Source: a virus
DNA: 64,000 nt
Direction: 5' to 3' (one strand)
IMG/VR virus record: IMGVR_UViG_3300008050_000038
Location: 4,268 to 68,267 of that record
Position numbers and translations under genes: made by a program
Part shown: positions 41,701-50,211 of the stretch, piece after piece
Position numbering within the stretch: position 1 is the first letter of the stretch
How the letters are laid out: every line of letters starts with the position of its first letter
Notes under the pieces: model-generated
Database searches by the model: none
The model's input: only the letters and a program-made list of their open reading frames with translations
Told to the model about the DNA's origin: nothing

Positions 41701-44700
41701 GTACCAAGACTAATGGTAGACAAAGCGTTTAATAACATACATCAAGACATGCTTAACAATGACATTGATTATATGATATTTGAATCTGCAGCTAAAGTAG
41801 GTGGTATAACAGCAGGTAGAGAGTTTGTAAACAATGATAATAGAGAAGGGTATGATCCTTTTTACGAAGAGCTGCCAACCGGGTATAGCGCATATAAACC
41901 TATGGCGCTTGACGAGCAAGGACAACCTTTAAGTTTACAAGAATTAAATTTCTCAGATTTAGGTATACAAGTAGAGATGGCACCAAAGACTAAAGAAGAA
42001 GTTACTGAAGGATCACAACTACGTTCTTTGTTGCCTGTAAACATATATGATAATGGAGAGTTATCTGAAGAGTATCAAGAGTTTGAAGATCTAGTAGATA
42101 AGTACCATGAAATTAATAGTACTTTAGTTGCAAAAGATTTTAATAGTTTAGTTAAAAAACTTAAACTAGAAAAAGATGAAAGCGGAGGGTACAAACTAAA
42201 CTCAAAAGATCTAGAAGTATTTAAAGAGGTTCTTATAGAAGAGTTTACAAAAAGAGATAATCCTTTACATACTATAGATGCTATCAAACAATTATTAGAT
42301 AGTGATACTAAATTTATAGAACAGTTATTTGAAAAGAATAAAATAGAAAGTTTATTATATTCTCTTGTAAATAATAATGTAGTAAAAAGAAAAATGCCTG
42401 GCGGACAGTTTGTATTACAAGCATCTACAGGATTTGAAAATGAAATCAAAGCTATAAAACAAAAAGATTTTGAATTAGCTGAGAGAGAGAATTTAGATTT
42501 ACATACATCACAATTAAAACCATTAAAGTTCTATAGAAAAGCAGATCCTAATAATCTTGGGTCAGAAACTTTAGCAATGCAGGTATATTTACCAAGTAGA
42601 TTTAAAGATAGAATGGGATTAACTATAGAAGATGTTAATGATCCTAATATAGATCCTGAATTATTACAACTTATAGGTTTCCGTATACCAACAGAGGGAC
42701 TTAACTCTATGGACTTTATAGAAGTTGTAGGATTTTTACCTAAATCATTTGGAGACACTGTAGTAGTGCCATCTGAAATTGTAGGTAAAGCTGGATCGGA
42801 TTATGATATTGATAAGTTAAGTATTTATTTCCCTAATTCTTATAAAGATGGAGACACTTTTAAAAGAGTTAAGTTTGATGATACTAAAACTATTAAACAA
42901 CAATCTAAAAAAGCATTACAAAATGAACTACAAACTATTATTAGAGATGTCCTTAGTCATCCTGCAAGTTTTGATCAATTAATAACTCCTGTTGGGGCTT
43001 CTACATTAAAAGACGAAGCTAAAGTAATTGCAATGAAAAGAAATCCAGGACAATTTGATGCGGAAGGTAATAAGATAAAACAACCTATAAGTCAAATTCT
43101 TAAGTTAGAAAATATGATGAATACATCATATAGAATGTTCTCTGGATTAGGAGGTATAGGTATTGTAGCTACTAGTTCTACACAACATGCTAAAGGACAA
43201 AGGCCAGGAGTTAATTGGAACTATGCAAACAATGAAGATATAGTATTTAATTTTGAAGGAGAAGACTTTGGATTATCTAGAGTATATGATGTAGCAGAAG
43301 AAGATAAAATTAGCGCTACTATTGGGCAGTATGTTACAGGATATGTTGATGTAACTAAAGAAGATTTTGTATTTGATATTAATGCTGGTATAAATATGGC
43401 TCCTATACATATGGCTTTAGTTAGATCAGGTGTACCTTTAAAATCAGTAATTAATTTTATGTCTCAACCTATCATAGATGATTATGTAAAATTAAAAGAA
43501 CTTAATCAACCAATGTATGCTACAAGAGCACTTAAATCAGACGAAAGAATAGTTGAAGATTTAATAATAAAATATGGTAAACAATCAACTACTGATGTTA
43601 AATTTAAATTAAATACACTACAAAGCATGATAGGTAAATCACCTACAGACATGTCACAAATTCAAATGAGAATGCAAGTGCAAGTTTTAAATGATTTCTT
43701 AAGGTATAAAGATTTAGCAGAAGATCTTTTATTATTAAAAGATGCTACTAGTATAGATACTTCTAATTTAAATAGTAGTATAGCTGTTAGATATGCTATA
43801 CAATCTATCAATAGACTAGAAACAGATGGAAAATTTGTAAATTTAGATGAATTATTATATAGTAATAAAGAAGGTGCCTCTACAGTGGGTGCTTATACTA
43901 CACTATTAAATGAAGTAGACGGTATGTTTGCAGAATTTAAATTAGGTGAGTATTTAGTAGATGCAAAACAGTTTATAGATACTAAAATATTTGAAGCAAC
44001 AGATAAAGATTCAAAAATGATTAAAGATGATGTAATCTATAAAATGAAAAAGTTTGAAAATTTCTTAGCTACTACTATAGTTCAAAATACATCTTATGAA
44101 TATAGTAAACTACATGAGAGAGGTAGAGATTTATTTATAGGTGAAAATAGCTTACCTAGAAGAATAAATAATTTTAAAACTATAAACGGGTATTCAAACA
44201 ACTTGCTAATTCAAGAGTTAACACCTATTCTACAAGTATATACTGAAGACAGTCAAGAAGCTACAGTAGATGGTTTAAGATTATTTAGTAAATCATTACA
44301 ACCTTATGATGTAGATTTATTAGCAGATGCTTTTATGGAATTAAAAGAAATAAATCCTGAGTTAGCTCAAGACTTAATTATATTTAGTGCATTACAATCA
44401 GGATATGATTATTCTCCACAATCTTTTTTCCAAGTTATACCAGGAACAGAAGTATTAGCTAGTCTATCTAAATATTTTAAACAAAATAAAACAGGAGATA
44501 GAACAAGCGGGCTAGTTAATAAAGCTAATATGGAAAATTTATGGACAGACTTCCATAAAAATTATTCAAATGATAAGAAAGTAGTTCCTAATGTTTATAG
44601 AAAAGAAGTAAAAAACAGTATGTCTTTATATAATAATGATAACTTTGTAACAGTTACTACAAAAATTGGAGAAGAAACAATTGGTTCTAAAACTACATCA

Positions 44701-44964
44701 ACATATGATACTCAGTTATTTAAAAACACAGGGTCAGTTGATAAAAAAGGTATGGCTGTATTTACAAAAATTAATAAGAAAGGTGTACCTTATAACTTTA
44801 TAGAAGCTACTGGGGAAAGCGCACCATCTATAGTTAATAGAAATGGCTCAGAGATTGCTCAAGATAGTGATAGAATGGAATACTCTAAACAAGAATTACC
44901 AACTAACCAATCGTCAGAAGTATCAGATGTACTTAAAGACAAAAAATGTAAAAAAGGAAATTAA
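32725..44964 (+). CDS. Virion RNA polymerase polyprotein (cargo domain + zincin protease + two-barrel RNAP)
   Basis: 4079 aa. Catalytic GSDYDIDK (DYDID at 42799-42813) preceded by GFRIPTEG; DGGGFI, ESAAKVG, KMPGGQFVL and YVDVTKE resemble phi14:2 gp66-type RNAP. A zincin motif HESWH (38770-38784) is followed by EWLAEEF. Confidence 0.93.
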   Translation: MIDKKQNGGLEDDNQDLIQPSGDQTLNSNNLINTVENNKPLEISGLAGIDILRSLQNEGYDPAGATTHTINKDDFSEYKRLIDGPFSLTDNSIDDKRAEGQGFGEKAAHGLLKLFPKTASHVLGSTVGLLDGFAEVAKDAYNNGIAASNWNKFFNNDFQRSLDDFNKAVDDKLPHYYTSQEADLSFAQSVFGKGAANFWTNDFSQGLSFVAGAVLSELATAGTARYLMPAKAAAKLKGIAAIRSTSYGQKAIQASKNLQKINKAEKIYAGLTTGRRIMTGAFYESGVEARHNYDAVVDKLNQLHAERGLGEPTAEEQAKIKDIAVKVSNGVFAGNAALVGYSNFLMFPKIFGSGLIKNKKFKNKITQGADGKYKAKHKDFGRMRNFIDNKYSFVAKRMAYEGLVEEGGQKTLDISGQYAAEDMYFNQKNPGQMQAIGEIMNHTSDGMAKAYGSVEGQKEIFLGAVLAGLGLPSFIHTNEKGEKSFKIGYGKSGGFLDFMNQYSEGRKEVEDVVDYMNNNPDALAGIKNNFDMLMGIKTADDQRDYADATNNDFAYKNADHDAFFAFVHSRLQGGYFGDVLDSLEDMRGMDLDSFEAMFNYEEQTQDMSKTEREAFLSERRNKVIDTHIERANKIKEIHESLDNTRISPAAKKTIAQALSSTADLDSREQKLISELEETGGFALTAITDKEENDRFSNDSIFTKLKNFTMKKLGLKGKDVMENSEVGKEIKRELGIKEFTKPGHPYLVWQRMVQKLQSLKKQQDAYEQDDNVEGYVEVGDQIEKLEDEIAELTSAIDNQTAPDISSEEQQILDEYKKRDPAGYELNKDEMIKKLQDLRRIRAKRHQMLNLVQQLLDPIAANDKIQQMEEVVQDILTEEERKSLPPEEQRLARKYKGKIVEFEYTDKNGNTRTHRVLVKDSENIVKLPNEETFRLLQRKNDLLKKGALTEDEKAELELLEEELKKPEHVTQYDNSLSIGVFKKATNVKILSEEDLVLKQLQSVTQVLQDQLAEKLSEATKAIEESKQELIDITLQIKDIKVAIRNAKTNKKGELRVNLNSIGRGTQNKVETAYQLLQNLKAKEQAYKALLVKFNEDVATLNDNALRMQVIHTTITNPETVAGILGKSSSKQEVFEAVTELLGLTSMEEFYKNLGDQGFFDTNALTALAGQKNKDGGYDVDNQLLQEILGLASSNISKDYLDLMNTDLEHFRSELILLTKHREDVERMLSRMVTPDGQSVMFPPDGLGPKDLEYLSRELRMVDQDIKTLEGIVSMMEAETEQNLLDATNSELIQERLKAIQTQKEINDVFIEYENFLMSVLSEPAEEAELEEGETLPEQLDIESQRDNSPSLESVGWTKTAGNHGASLAKWEQKYKQLVSQGDKLTEAEQMELQHVESQLRFFRKSYEIFDFSKKTGARLKIVTRYNISDDLKDKIVFYDIAKAKKSGRFDDPSNYQYSDNLTENPNRDETLENIKLLLVDATGQPILLDGGLVYTDMNSSDMVNSQGRFKGQPSDLDKDGNLREDLGLDVAQQDFIAERNKILSDNQERFFFITKKSRGVAIKTEEGLQPGLGRLEVKKGKGNSGVRPAKEEDLKDMPLTIALPNAGQKGADQQVNLFGFKVTSRFAYFGTPTRGHMGTNNLIPAQISRLSENQVNNIYNLSRYFAENDKGGINIGGKGFTTILKEQIMYGDRSKQRERQEFSIYMKDDAIFFGDQGKSISMEQLKDPNKFSDIHEEYKGFLRTLYFNILSPALATDQKARVEAGKKGRKTGTYVAPDYTKFNEVIVNDDLSTEVKEWDNYTHYLLSDVGRDVADVPVKVDLPLATSPKVDQRYTPQYKNVYLEHSSQSFTNEGIENDKNDSNRTVDRTEDPVVDTTKEEDIYEERVVVNTKTGERKTIIVKVASDEEKAIIEGEESKAAQEETPDTLEDSPFSQSSMDDEFDEPFFLSNMEQPSNNIDLNQELEWFNANMPKDSNGNFLVGIDMIKGLIDGKAFGKFTKDGNILLSDLLNTPGIVYHESWHAITRRFISPEQRYALYDEVRGMRGSTQTFKGETKKMSQLTDKEADEWLAEEFREYALSNGTHKVGSNIQKSIFDKILALLDFFINNKSQAQELMSRINSGYFSNPTNEVTIYDSKTEAYFEGTKLTATMRNNVMEGMTVLLFSKALKPGSGVFTLADFVNPKKTEARNNAVRSLYGDTTTKGTVYSQIHLYLKTARDNATTQEEKDNLTNTMRAIYDNWTQLQQEHAKYLERFTINVTEEAEELERIREQFGKPQNEIDPSVYLPKAVRLLLATLPKSKNGKFVLNESGLPKLVEFGSIMNFMYKEFANTNPLDFRKNLIRLESKRPEVKLIKNRLGLQSDDLTSKTPDQIRLIVQAMMQFDQSNNTFYTQLMTRDGGRRLIDSNQNRVEDKIKLNWTNNFKENIQSNKSLGKDVNGELIINKNAKVKIGRKKKTFAEWALEDKTPQEALIVLDQLGITFTKPDVFSELYAADENIKQAVNYILQSVYNEPVSNIFKGDIQANLRTLVELEAATNPTTVDLQHRSPDGKTIHGVNLKTYADVLISDITKIGPTGESIVNIEKVANLLKYDNLANSVYLKSMLENPATPLQVVILQGIDQNFGRGKSLSKGSPVDIGVMMVNSLLSKGIMPILRTADKKTEFGIQYATPSLNLTKEAMIERLKGYLADELRVASKFNSKRKSILHRVSKLKDSGGNLRFFQGLVPSLARKTYGKYLSEEQIAEIVNRESVANDLSTFLDNQVESTMSTLSTYNIATAGIDSNLLDRATVVSVDRPGVTPNQVIGEQFTYEYMTGVNEQGKLLLGDFALYTDLFKRTSGISGTKAYPTSDPNILDWMNTNVPNLLSNKEHTPNLRVSHRAAIKTEAPYLEQYMATLDLMGMSTDFMNNVNDVYSNMEEFDGGGFITLDAYRSLLYRTGKWTPAQEDFYQKLVNKEDFTTEDVALLPPIKPQLFGPFIAENSRLMTFHKFALFPLVPRLMVDKAFNNIHQDMLNNDIDYMIFESAAKVGGITAGREFVNNDNREGYDPFYEELPTGYSAYKPMALDEQGQPLSLQELNFSDLGIQVEMAPKTKEEVTEGSQLRSLLPVNIYDNGELSEEYQEFEDLVDKYHEINSTLVAKDFNSLVKKLKLEKDESGGYKLNSKDLEVFKEVLIEEFTKRDNPLHTIDAIKQLLDSDTKFIEQLFEKNKIESLLYSLVNNNVVKRKMPGGQFVLQASTGFENEIKAIKQKDFELAERENLDLHTSQLKPLKFYRKADPNNLGSETLAMQVYLPSRFKDRMGLTIEDVNDPNIDPELLQLIGFRIPTEGLNSMDFIEVVGFLPKSFGDTVVVPSEIVGKAGSDYDIDKLSIYFPNSYKDGDTFKRVKFDDTKTIKQQSKKALQNELQTIIRDVLSHPASFDQLITPVGASTLKDEAKVIAMKRNPGQFDAEGNKIKQPISQILKLENMMNTSYRMFSGLGGIGIVATSSTQHAKGQRPGVNWNYANNEDIVFNFEGEDFGLSRVYDVAEEDKISATIGQYVTGYVDVTKEDFVFDINAGINMAPIHMALVRSGVPLKSVINFMSQPIIDDYVKLKELNQPMYATRALKSDERIVEDLIIKYGKQSTTDVKFKLNTLQSMIGKSPTDMSQIQMRMQVQVLNDFLRYKDLAEDLLLLKDATSIDTSNLNSSIAVRYAIQSINRLETDGKFVNLDELLYSNKEGASTVGAYTTLLNEVDGMFAEFKLGEYLVDAKQFIDTKIFEATDKDSKMIKDDVIYKMKKFENFLATTIVQNTSYEYSKLHERGRDLFIGENSLPRRINNFKTINGYSNNLLIQELTPILQVYTEDSQEATVDGLRLFSKSLQPYDVDLLADAFMELKEINPELAQDLIIFSALQSGYDYSPQSFFQVIPGTEVLASLSKYFKQNKTGDRTSGLVNKANMENLWTDFHKNYSNDKKVVPNVYRKEVKNSMSLYNNDNFVTVTTKIGEETIGSKTTSTYDTQLFKNTGSVDKKGMAVFTKINKKGVPYNFIEATGESAPSIVNRNGSEIAQDSDRMEYSKQELPTNQSSEVSDVLKDKKCKKGN

Positions 44965-47900
44965 TGGCTTGTAATATAATAAGAAATAAAGATGGTAAAA
45001 TAGTTAAAGTTACTGCCGATAACGGCAAAGACTCAAAATTATTTAAAGATATAGTTAACTTAGGTTACGATAAAGAAACAGCTTTAAAGAAGTGGGCCGT
45101 TGCATATACACCTACATTTAAAAACTGGTTTGGTCAAGGTAATGTAGATGTTAATGGAGAACCAAAGATTGTTATGGTTAATCAAGATCCAATGTTTATA
45201 GCTGACGACGCCACTACTAAACATGCTACAGAAAATTTAGGTAGTTTTAAATCTAAAAAAGATCCATCACCTTTATTAAATGAAATAAAACGAAGATTTA
45301 AATTAGTTAAAACTGATGGTACTATAAGAAATATACCTTACATGGAAGATGTTTATGGTAGAGCAGAAAAAATCGAAAAGATGTATCCTGGTGTAAGAGC
45401 CTTTGTACTACAAGATATGGGAGGAGACTATATTAGTTTAGACATTAGTACTAGTTTAGATGTAGATAATGTTTATCATCAAGCACAATCTAATAGTCTT
45501 GCTGAGAGCAGCCAAGAGGTAGATCTAGCTATGAAGCAATTCCTTAGAACTTTAGGAGTTAGATTACAAGAGGTGCCTGAAATAAGAGATAGAAATGGTA
45601 ATGTTTTATCTGTTACAGCTAAAGCGGACATGCTTAATAAAGTTGTAGAATACTCTAAAGGAAAAATGGGTATAGATACATTACCTGAAGAAGCGGCTCA
45701 CTTTATGGTTGAAATATTACAGGCATCAAATAGCCCATTATTTACATCTATGATGAATAATATAGAAAAATTTGGTGTATATCAAGAAGTAATGGAAAGT
45801 GATACTTATCAAAAGCTTTATAAAGGAGATGAAAATATGCTTAAAAAAGAGGCTATAGGTAAGCTTATAGCAAAGCATGTAATAAAAAACATTAAAGGAA
45901 ATGAAGCCCCGGTAAATATTAGGAGAGTAGACAGCTGGTGGTCAAGAGTTAAAGATTTTATAGCAAGTATATTTGGGAAATCTAATGCATATGTAGATGC
46001 GGCACAAATGATGGTAAACAATAGTGTTGAAGAATATTTAGATGTAGAAAAAGCAATTAAAGGAGGGCTTTCTGGAGAGTATTACCAAGACGAAAGTAAA
46101 TTTAAATCATATCGTAAAAAAGCATTTGGGGCAGTAGAAAATGCTGATGTAAGCGGCCAAGATGTTCTTGATGCAATAACTCCTGAACAAATGAAAAAGA
46201 AAAAATGGTCAGGAGACACTTTAAAAAAGCTTGAAGATGAAAATAAATATTGGGAAATTGAAAGAATGTCTTTAGAAAAAGCTGGATTAAAAGAAACATG
46301 GTTTGTAGAAGATGGAAATGAAATAGAAAGATATATAGGTAAAAAAAATAGCCCTTATCCTGGCGTAGTAATAAAAGGAAGAGTATCTGATGCAGTTAAA
46401 AAACATTTTTGGAAAATAAACAGAGGAAAGATTACAGATCTTAGTGGTAAAGAAGCTAAACTTCGTTTAGATAATAATGAAATGAGAAAAGTAACAGGTA
46501 CTATGGGGCACACTGTTATGGAAGAGCTTGTACAATTGTACGTTAATAAAAAGGGAAATAGAAAAACTATTTTAAATAAATCTTTATTTACTGAAGCTCA
46601 ATTTCAAGTTTTAGAGCAAGGTGTAAAAGATCTTATAGCTCAGATTAAAAAGGTTCAAAAAGAAGTTGATCCTGAAGGTAAGGTTACTATAAGAACAGAG
46701 CAAATGGTTACTAATAGAGATCAAACCGTGGGAGGGTCTATAGATCTTATTGCTATATTTAGTGATAATTCTGCAGCTATATATGATTATAAATTTGTAT
46801 CGCCGTCTATTCAAGCAGGATATGTAGATAGAACTTCTAAAAGAATTGTAGAAGATCCTTTTAATGTTAAAATGGCAACATATGACATGCAAATGTCTCA
46901 GTATAAAAAACAATTGCTACAAAACTATGGGATTACTCAAATAAGACAGTCTAGAATTGTTCCTATACATATTAGATATAAGACAGAAAAAGGAGGGAAA
47001 CTAACAAATCAAATCACCGTATTACAGATGGGAACTAAATATAGTGAGTTCTTACAACAGATACCGGTGGCAGGAGAGTTAACTAGGTTTAATGATATAA
47101 ATAAATTAATTAGAAAATTACTAGTAAGAAAAGAAGCTGTTGATAGACAGTTACAAACTAAAAAATATAAAGCAGGGGCTTCTTTTGAGTCTCTTAAAGC
47201 TCAGCAAGCAAAAATATCTAAGCAATTAAGAGTATTACAAATAGATCAGGATTTAGCATACGTTATAAAATCTCTTGGAGAAGATATAAAAATAATTAAT
47301 GATAGATTAAGTACTAATAATGAAGTATTAAAATCAGGTGAATTAAATCCAAATTATTTAACTAATAGTGATTTAAATGATTTATTAAGTGATCTAATGT
47401 TTTACCAGTCATTAGTTAATGTACATGACTATGTATCAAATATGACTGAGGCAAAACAAAAAGAATATAAAATACTTAGAGATAGGCTTGCAGGGTTCTT
47501 AGGGCCAGCTATTACCGCGGTACAAGGTAAGATGTTAGAAAGAACTAGTGATAAAGCTCAAGAAAGAGGAGTACAAGGTATAGAAAGTTTTAATCTAGAT
47601 GTTAGTTGGGCTACACGTAACTTTGTTAATTTATCTAAACAATCAAATCCATATTTGAGAAATCTTTGGGAAATGATGGATAAATTAAATTTCCAAAAAA
47701 GAAAAATAGTAAAAGCTAAAGCGGAAGAAATACAATTTGCACAAGATGCTTTTGTAAGAGATCGTGGTATTAAAGCTTTTGATGATTTATTAAATGAAGA
47801 TGGTACTTTTAAATCTAAGTACAGTAAAGAATACTACACAAGAAGGAACGCAGCGCTTAAAGGAAGCAATTCTAAGTGGTTTTCAAAAGAAGAAGGCAAT

Positions 47901-50174
47901 GTAGTTATAGATGAAGAATACTATAATAAGAAATATAAAGAATTTAGGGCAGGTAAACTGAAAGCTCTAAAATCTAGGTTGGGGGATAACCAACAAGCAA
48001 TAAACAGAGAAATACGTAAATGGGAAATAGCGCACGATGTTAAAAACCACAGGAAAACGGCATCTATAAATAAAGGAGGACAATACTTTTTAAGGCCAGC
48101 TGAAAAATGGATTAGTGAGGATTATCTTAAAATTCAAAATGATACTGAAGCTAAAGCTTTTTATGATTTATATATGAAAACTATACAACAAATAGAAGAC
48201 ATGTATGGGGAAAGGTTGGGCCCTAATTTTACAGCTGAAATACATAAAGGTTTTATTGAGTCAGCATTTGTTAATGGAAGTATGAGTGAAGCTCTAGACA
48301 GTACTATCGAAAACTTTCAAATTAGAGAGCACGATAGAACGTACGGTATAAGAGATGAAAACACCAATAGATTAATAAAGCAAATACCTAAATTATATAT
48401 ACACCAACTAAGAGATTCAAACGGCAATGTAGACTCTTCTTTAAAAAGTAGAGATTTAGGTAAAGGTTTATTATTGTTGTTTGATGCTGCTTTAGATTAC
48501 CAGTTAAAGAGTGAAATACTACCTGAAGTACAAATGATGGAAGCTATTTTAACTACTAATGCAATTGAAGTGCAAAGTACAGATACTTATGGTAATATTT
48601 TAGAAAATGCTAGTAACATGGATACAGAGAAACCTAAAGAATTGTACAATACTTATCAAAAATTTGTAGATGCTTATATTTACGGTACAGATTTAAATGC
48701 TAAAGACTTAAAATTAGGATCTAAAATAAGTGGAGCTAAAACACTTTTAGGATTAAAGAACTTACATTCGCTTGCGCAGCTGGGACTCAAAACTCCTGTT
48801 GCAATTGGGGCGTTTAGCGCGGGTATGATTGGCTTAGAGTATGAAGCTTCTAAAGGATCTTTTATAACTAGAAAAAACTTAAGAACAGCTCAATTAGCTC
48901 TTATGAAAGCTGACCCTAAAATGAGGGCGTTAGCAGAGTATTTAGATATATACCAAAGAAATGATGTACAAAATAGATCAGATAAATTATCTGCAGATTA
49001 TAGAACTCGACATTTTACTAATGATAAATGGTTTGCATTTTTATCTACAGCTGATAAAGGAATTGATGCAATAACATTATATGCAGCTGCATTAAACTAT
49101 GGTGTTGATGAAAATGGAATGGTTCAAAGATTAGATCGATTACCTAAAGATTCTAAAAATCTTCTAGAATTAATAGAGATTGAACAGAATCCATTGTGGG
49201 AAGGAACAACAACTAATGTATCAAATAAAGCAGTAGATAGATATAAAGTTAAAATTAAAGGTTTAAACGAAGATGGAGAATTAAAAATGAGAAATATCTC
49301 AAGAGAGATTGCTTTTAAAGTGAAGGGAAGTATGTCTGAAGAAGATAAAGTTATTTATAATCAAAACATGTTCTTAAAACTAATGATGCATTATAAGTCT
49401 TGGTTACCTGGTGTAGCAATGGCTAGGTTTGGTAAACAAAGATATAATAATATACTAGAGAGTTTTGATGAAGGTACTTGGATAAGTGCATTTAGTAATG
49501 TAGGCCCAGAAGTAGCTTTAGATACAGAAGTGCATGCACTGGACTATTTACAAAGTGCTTTTATGGATATGATGCGCGCAATAGGAGATATTATAACGTT
49601 TGGGTACTTTGATATGACTAAAGTAAAAGAAGATTTAGCTAGAGCTAGATTTGATATTTGGCTTTCTAACAACGCATCTAACCCGCAATTTGCAGATAAA
49701 ATAAGAAATGAAGCTGCTAGAGAAGAGTTATTTCAAGAATACCTAGATATGAAAAGAGGAAATATAAAAGCATTCTTAATGGAGTTTAGAGCTGTATTAG
49801 CTTTATTTTTATTATTAATGACTATAGATGATGATGAAGATAAAGATGGTAAAGTAAGAATGAGGCAAACCTTTCTAGGAAGAAAACTATATAATACTTT
49901 AAATAGAATATATAGAGAAACAGCAGTATTTGTTAATCCAACAGAATTTTTAGAATCAGGAAGAGCTACAGGTATACCAATGTTAAGTTTATTAAATAAC
50001 GGTGTAAAAGTAATAGGTAATACTTTTGAAACAATGGGGCAAGACATATCAGGAGTAGAAGATAAAAGAGATAGAACTCCAAGATTTTATTATACTTTTA
50101 AACTATTTCCTGGAATAAACGCTTTAAGTAAGGGAATAGAAATGTTCCCACAACAAAAATACGAAAAGTATTAA
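44964..50174 (+). CDS. Large ejected virion protein with degenerate zincin and PD-(D/E)xK nuclease-like domains
   Basis: 1736 aa; LPEEAAHF...KEAIGK (zincin-like, first His missing) and GTMGH...EQMV...GSIDLIAIFSDNSAAIYDYK...Y..QMSQY (RecB/Cas4-like PD-(D/E)xK). It follows the RNAP gene as in crAss-like phages. Confidence 0.8.
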   Translation: MACNIIRNKDGKIVKVTADNGKDSKLFKDIVNLGYDKETALKKWAVAYTPTFKNWFGQGNVDVNGEPKIVMVNQDPMFIADDATTKHATENLGSFKSKKDPSPLLNEIKRRFKLVKTDGTIRNIPYMEDVYGRAEKIEKMYPGVRAFVLQDMGGDYISLDISTSLDVDNVYHQAQSNSLAESSQEVDLAMKQFLRTLGVRLQEVPEIRDRNGNVLSVTAKADMLNKVVEYSKGKMGIDTLPEEAAHFMVEILQASNSPLFTSMMNNIEKFGVYQEVMESDTYQKLYKGDENMLKKEAIGKLIAKHVIKNIKGNEAPVNIRRVDSWWSRVKDFIASIFGKSNAYVDAAQMMVNNSVEEYLDVEKAIKGGLSGEYYQDESKFKSYRKKAFGAVENADVSGQDVLDAITPEQMKKKKWSGDTLKKLEDENKYWEIERMSLEKAGLKETWFVEDGNEIERYIGKKNSPYPGVVIKGRVSDAVKKHFWKINRGKITDLSGKEAKLRLDNNEMRKVTGTMGHTVMEELVQLYVNKKGNRKTILNKSLFTEAQFQVLEQGVKDLIAQIKKVQKEVDPEGKVTIRTEQMVTNRDQTVGGSIDLIAIFSDNSAAIYDYKFVSPSIQAGYVDRTSKRIVEDPFNVKMATYDMQMSQYKKQLLQNYGITQIRQSRIVPIHIRYKTEKGGKLTNQITVLQMGTKYSEFLQQIPVAGELTRFNDINKLIRKLLVRKEAVDRQLQTKKYKAGASFESLKAQQAKISKQLRVLQIDQDLAYVIKSLGEDIKIINDRLSTNNEVLKSGELNPNYLTNSDLNDLLSDLMFYQSLVNVHDYVSNMTEAKQKEYKILRDRLAGFLGPAITAVQGKMLERTSDKAQERGVQGIESFNLDVSWATRNFVNLSKQSNPYLRNLWEMMDKLNFQKRKIVKAKAEEIQFAQDAFVRDRGIKAFDDLLNEDGTFKSKYSKEYYTRRNAALKGSNSKWFSKEEGNVVIDEEYYNKKYKEFRAGKLKALKSRLGDNQQAINREIRKWEIAHDVKNHRKTASINKGGQYFLRPAEKWISEDYLKIQNDTEAKAFYDLYMKTIQQIEDMYGERLGPNFTAEIHKGFIESAFVNGSMSEALDSTIENFQIREHDRTYGIRDENTNRLIKQIPKLYIHQLRDSNGNVDSSLKSRDLGKGLLLLFDAALDYQLKSEILPEVQMMEAILTTNAIEVQSTDTYGNILENASNMDTEKPKELYNTYQKFVDAYIYGTDLNAKDLKLGSKISGAKTLLGLKNLHSLAQLGLKTPVAIGAFSAGMIGLEYEASKGSFITRKNLRTAQLALMKADPKMRALAEYLDIYQRNDVQNRSDKLSADYRTRHFTNDKWFAFLSTADKGIDAITLYAAALNYGVDENGMVQRLDRLPKDSKNLLELIEIEQNPLWEGTTTNVSNKAVDRYKVKIKGLNEDGELKMRNISREIAFKVKGSMSEEDKVIYNQNMFLKLMMHYKSWLPGVAMARFGKQRYNNILESFDEGTWISAFSNVGPEVALDTEVHALDYLQSAFMDMMRAIGDIITFGYFDMTKVKEDLARARFDIWLSNNASNPQFADKIRNEAAREELFQEYLDMKRGNIKAFLMEFRAVLALFLLLMTIDDDEDKDGKVRMRQTFLGRKLYNTLNRIYRETAVFVNPTEFLESGRATGIPMLSLLNNGVKVIGNTFETMGQDISGVEDKRDRTPRFYYTFKLFPGINALSKGIEMFPQQKYEKY

Positions 50175-50177
50175 ATG

Positions 50178-50211
50178 AAAAAGGGGAACCGTTAGGCTCC
50201 CCTTTAATTTT
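50178..50211. terminator. Bidirectional Rho-independent terminator between convergent blocks
   Basis: AAAAAGGGGA-A-CC-gtta-GG-C-TCCCCTTTAATTTT hairpin flanked by A and T tracts at the +/- convergence point. Confidence 0.85.

Noticed and set aside
44947-44966. Programmed -1 frameshift fusing the RNAP to the next protein at the A-run
   Set aside because: The in-frame codons TGT AAA AAA GGA do not form a canonical X XXY YYZ site, and the -1 frame has a TAA at 44949-44951. TAATG coupling explains the junction.
32725-50174. Inteins or introns in the giant genes
   Set aside because: The ORFs are uninterrupted, with no Cys-initiated/HN-terminated intein blocks or LAGLIDADG/HNH motifs visible.
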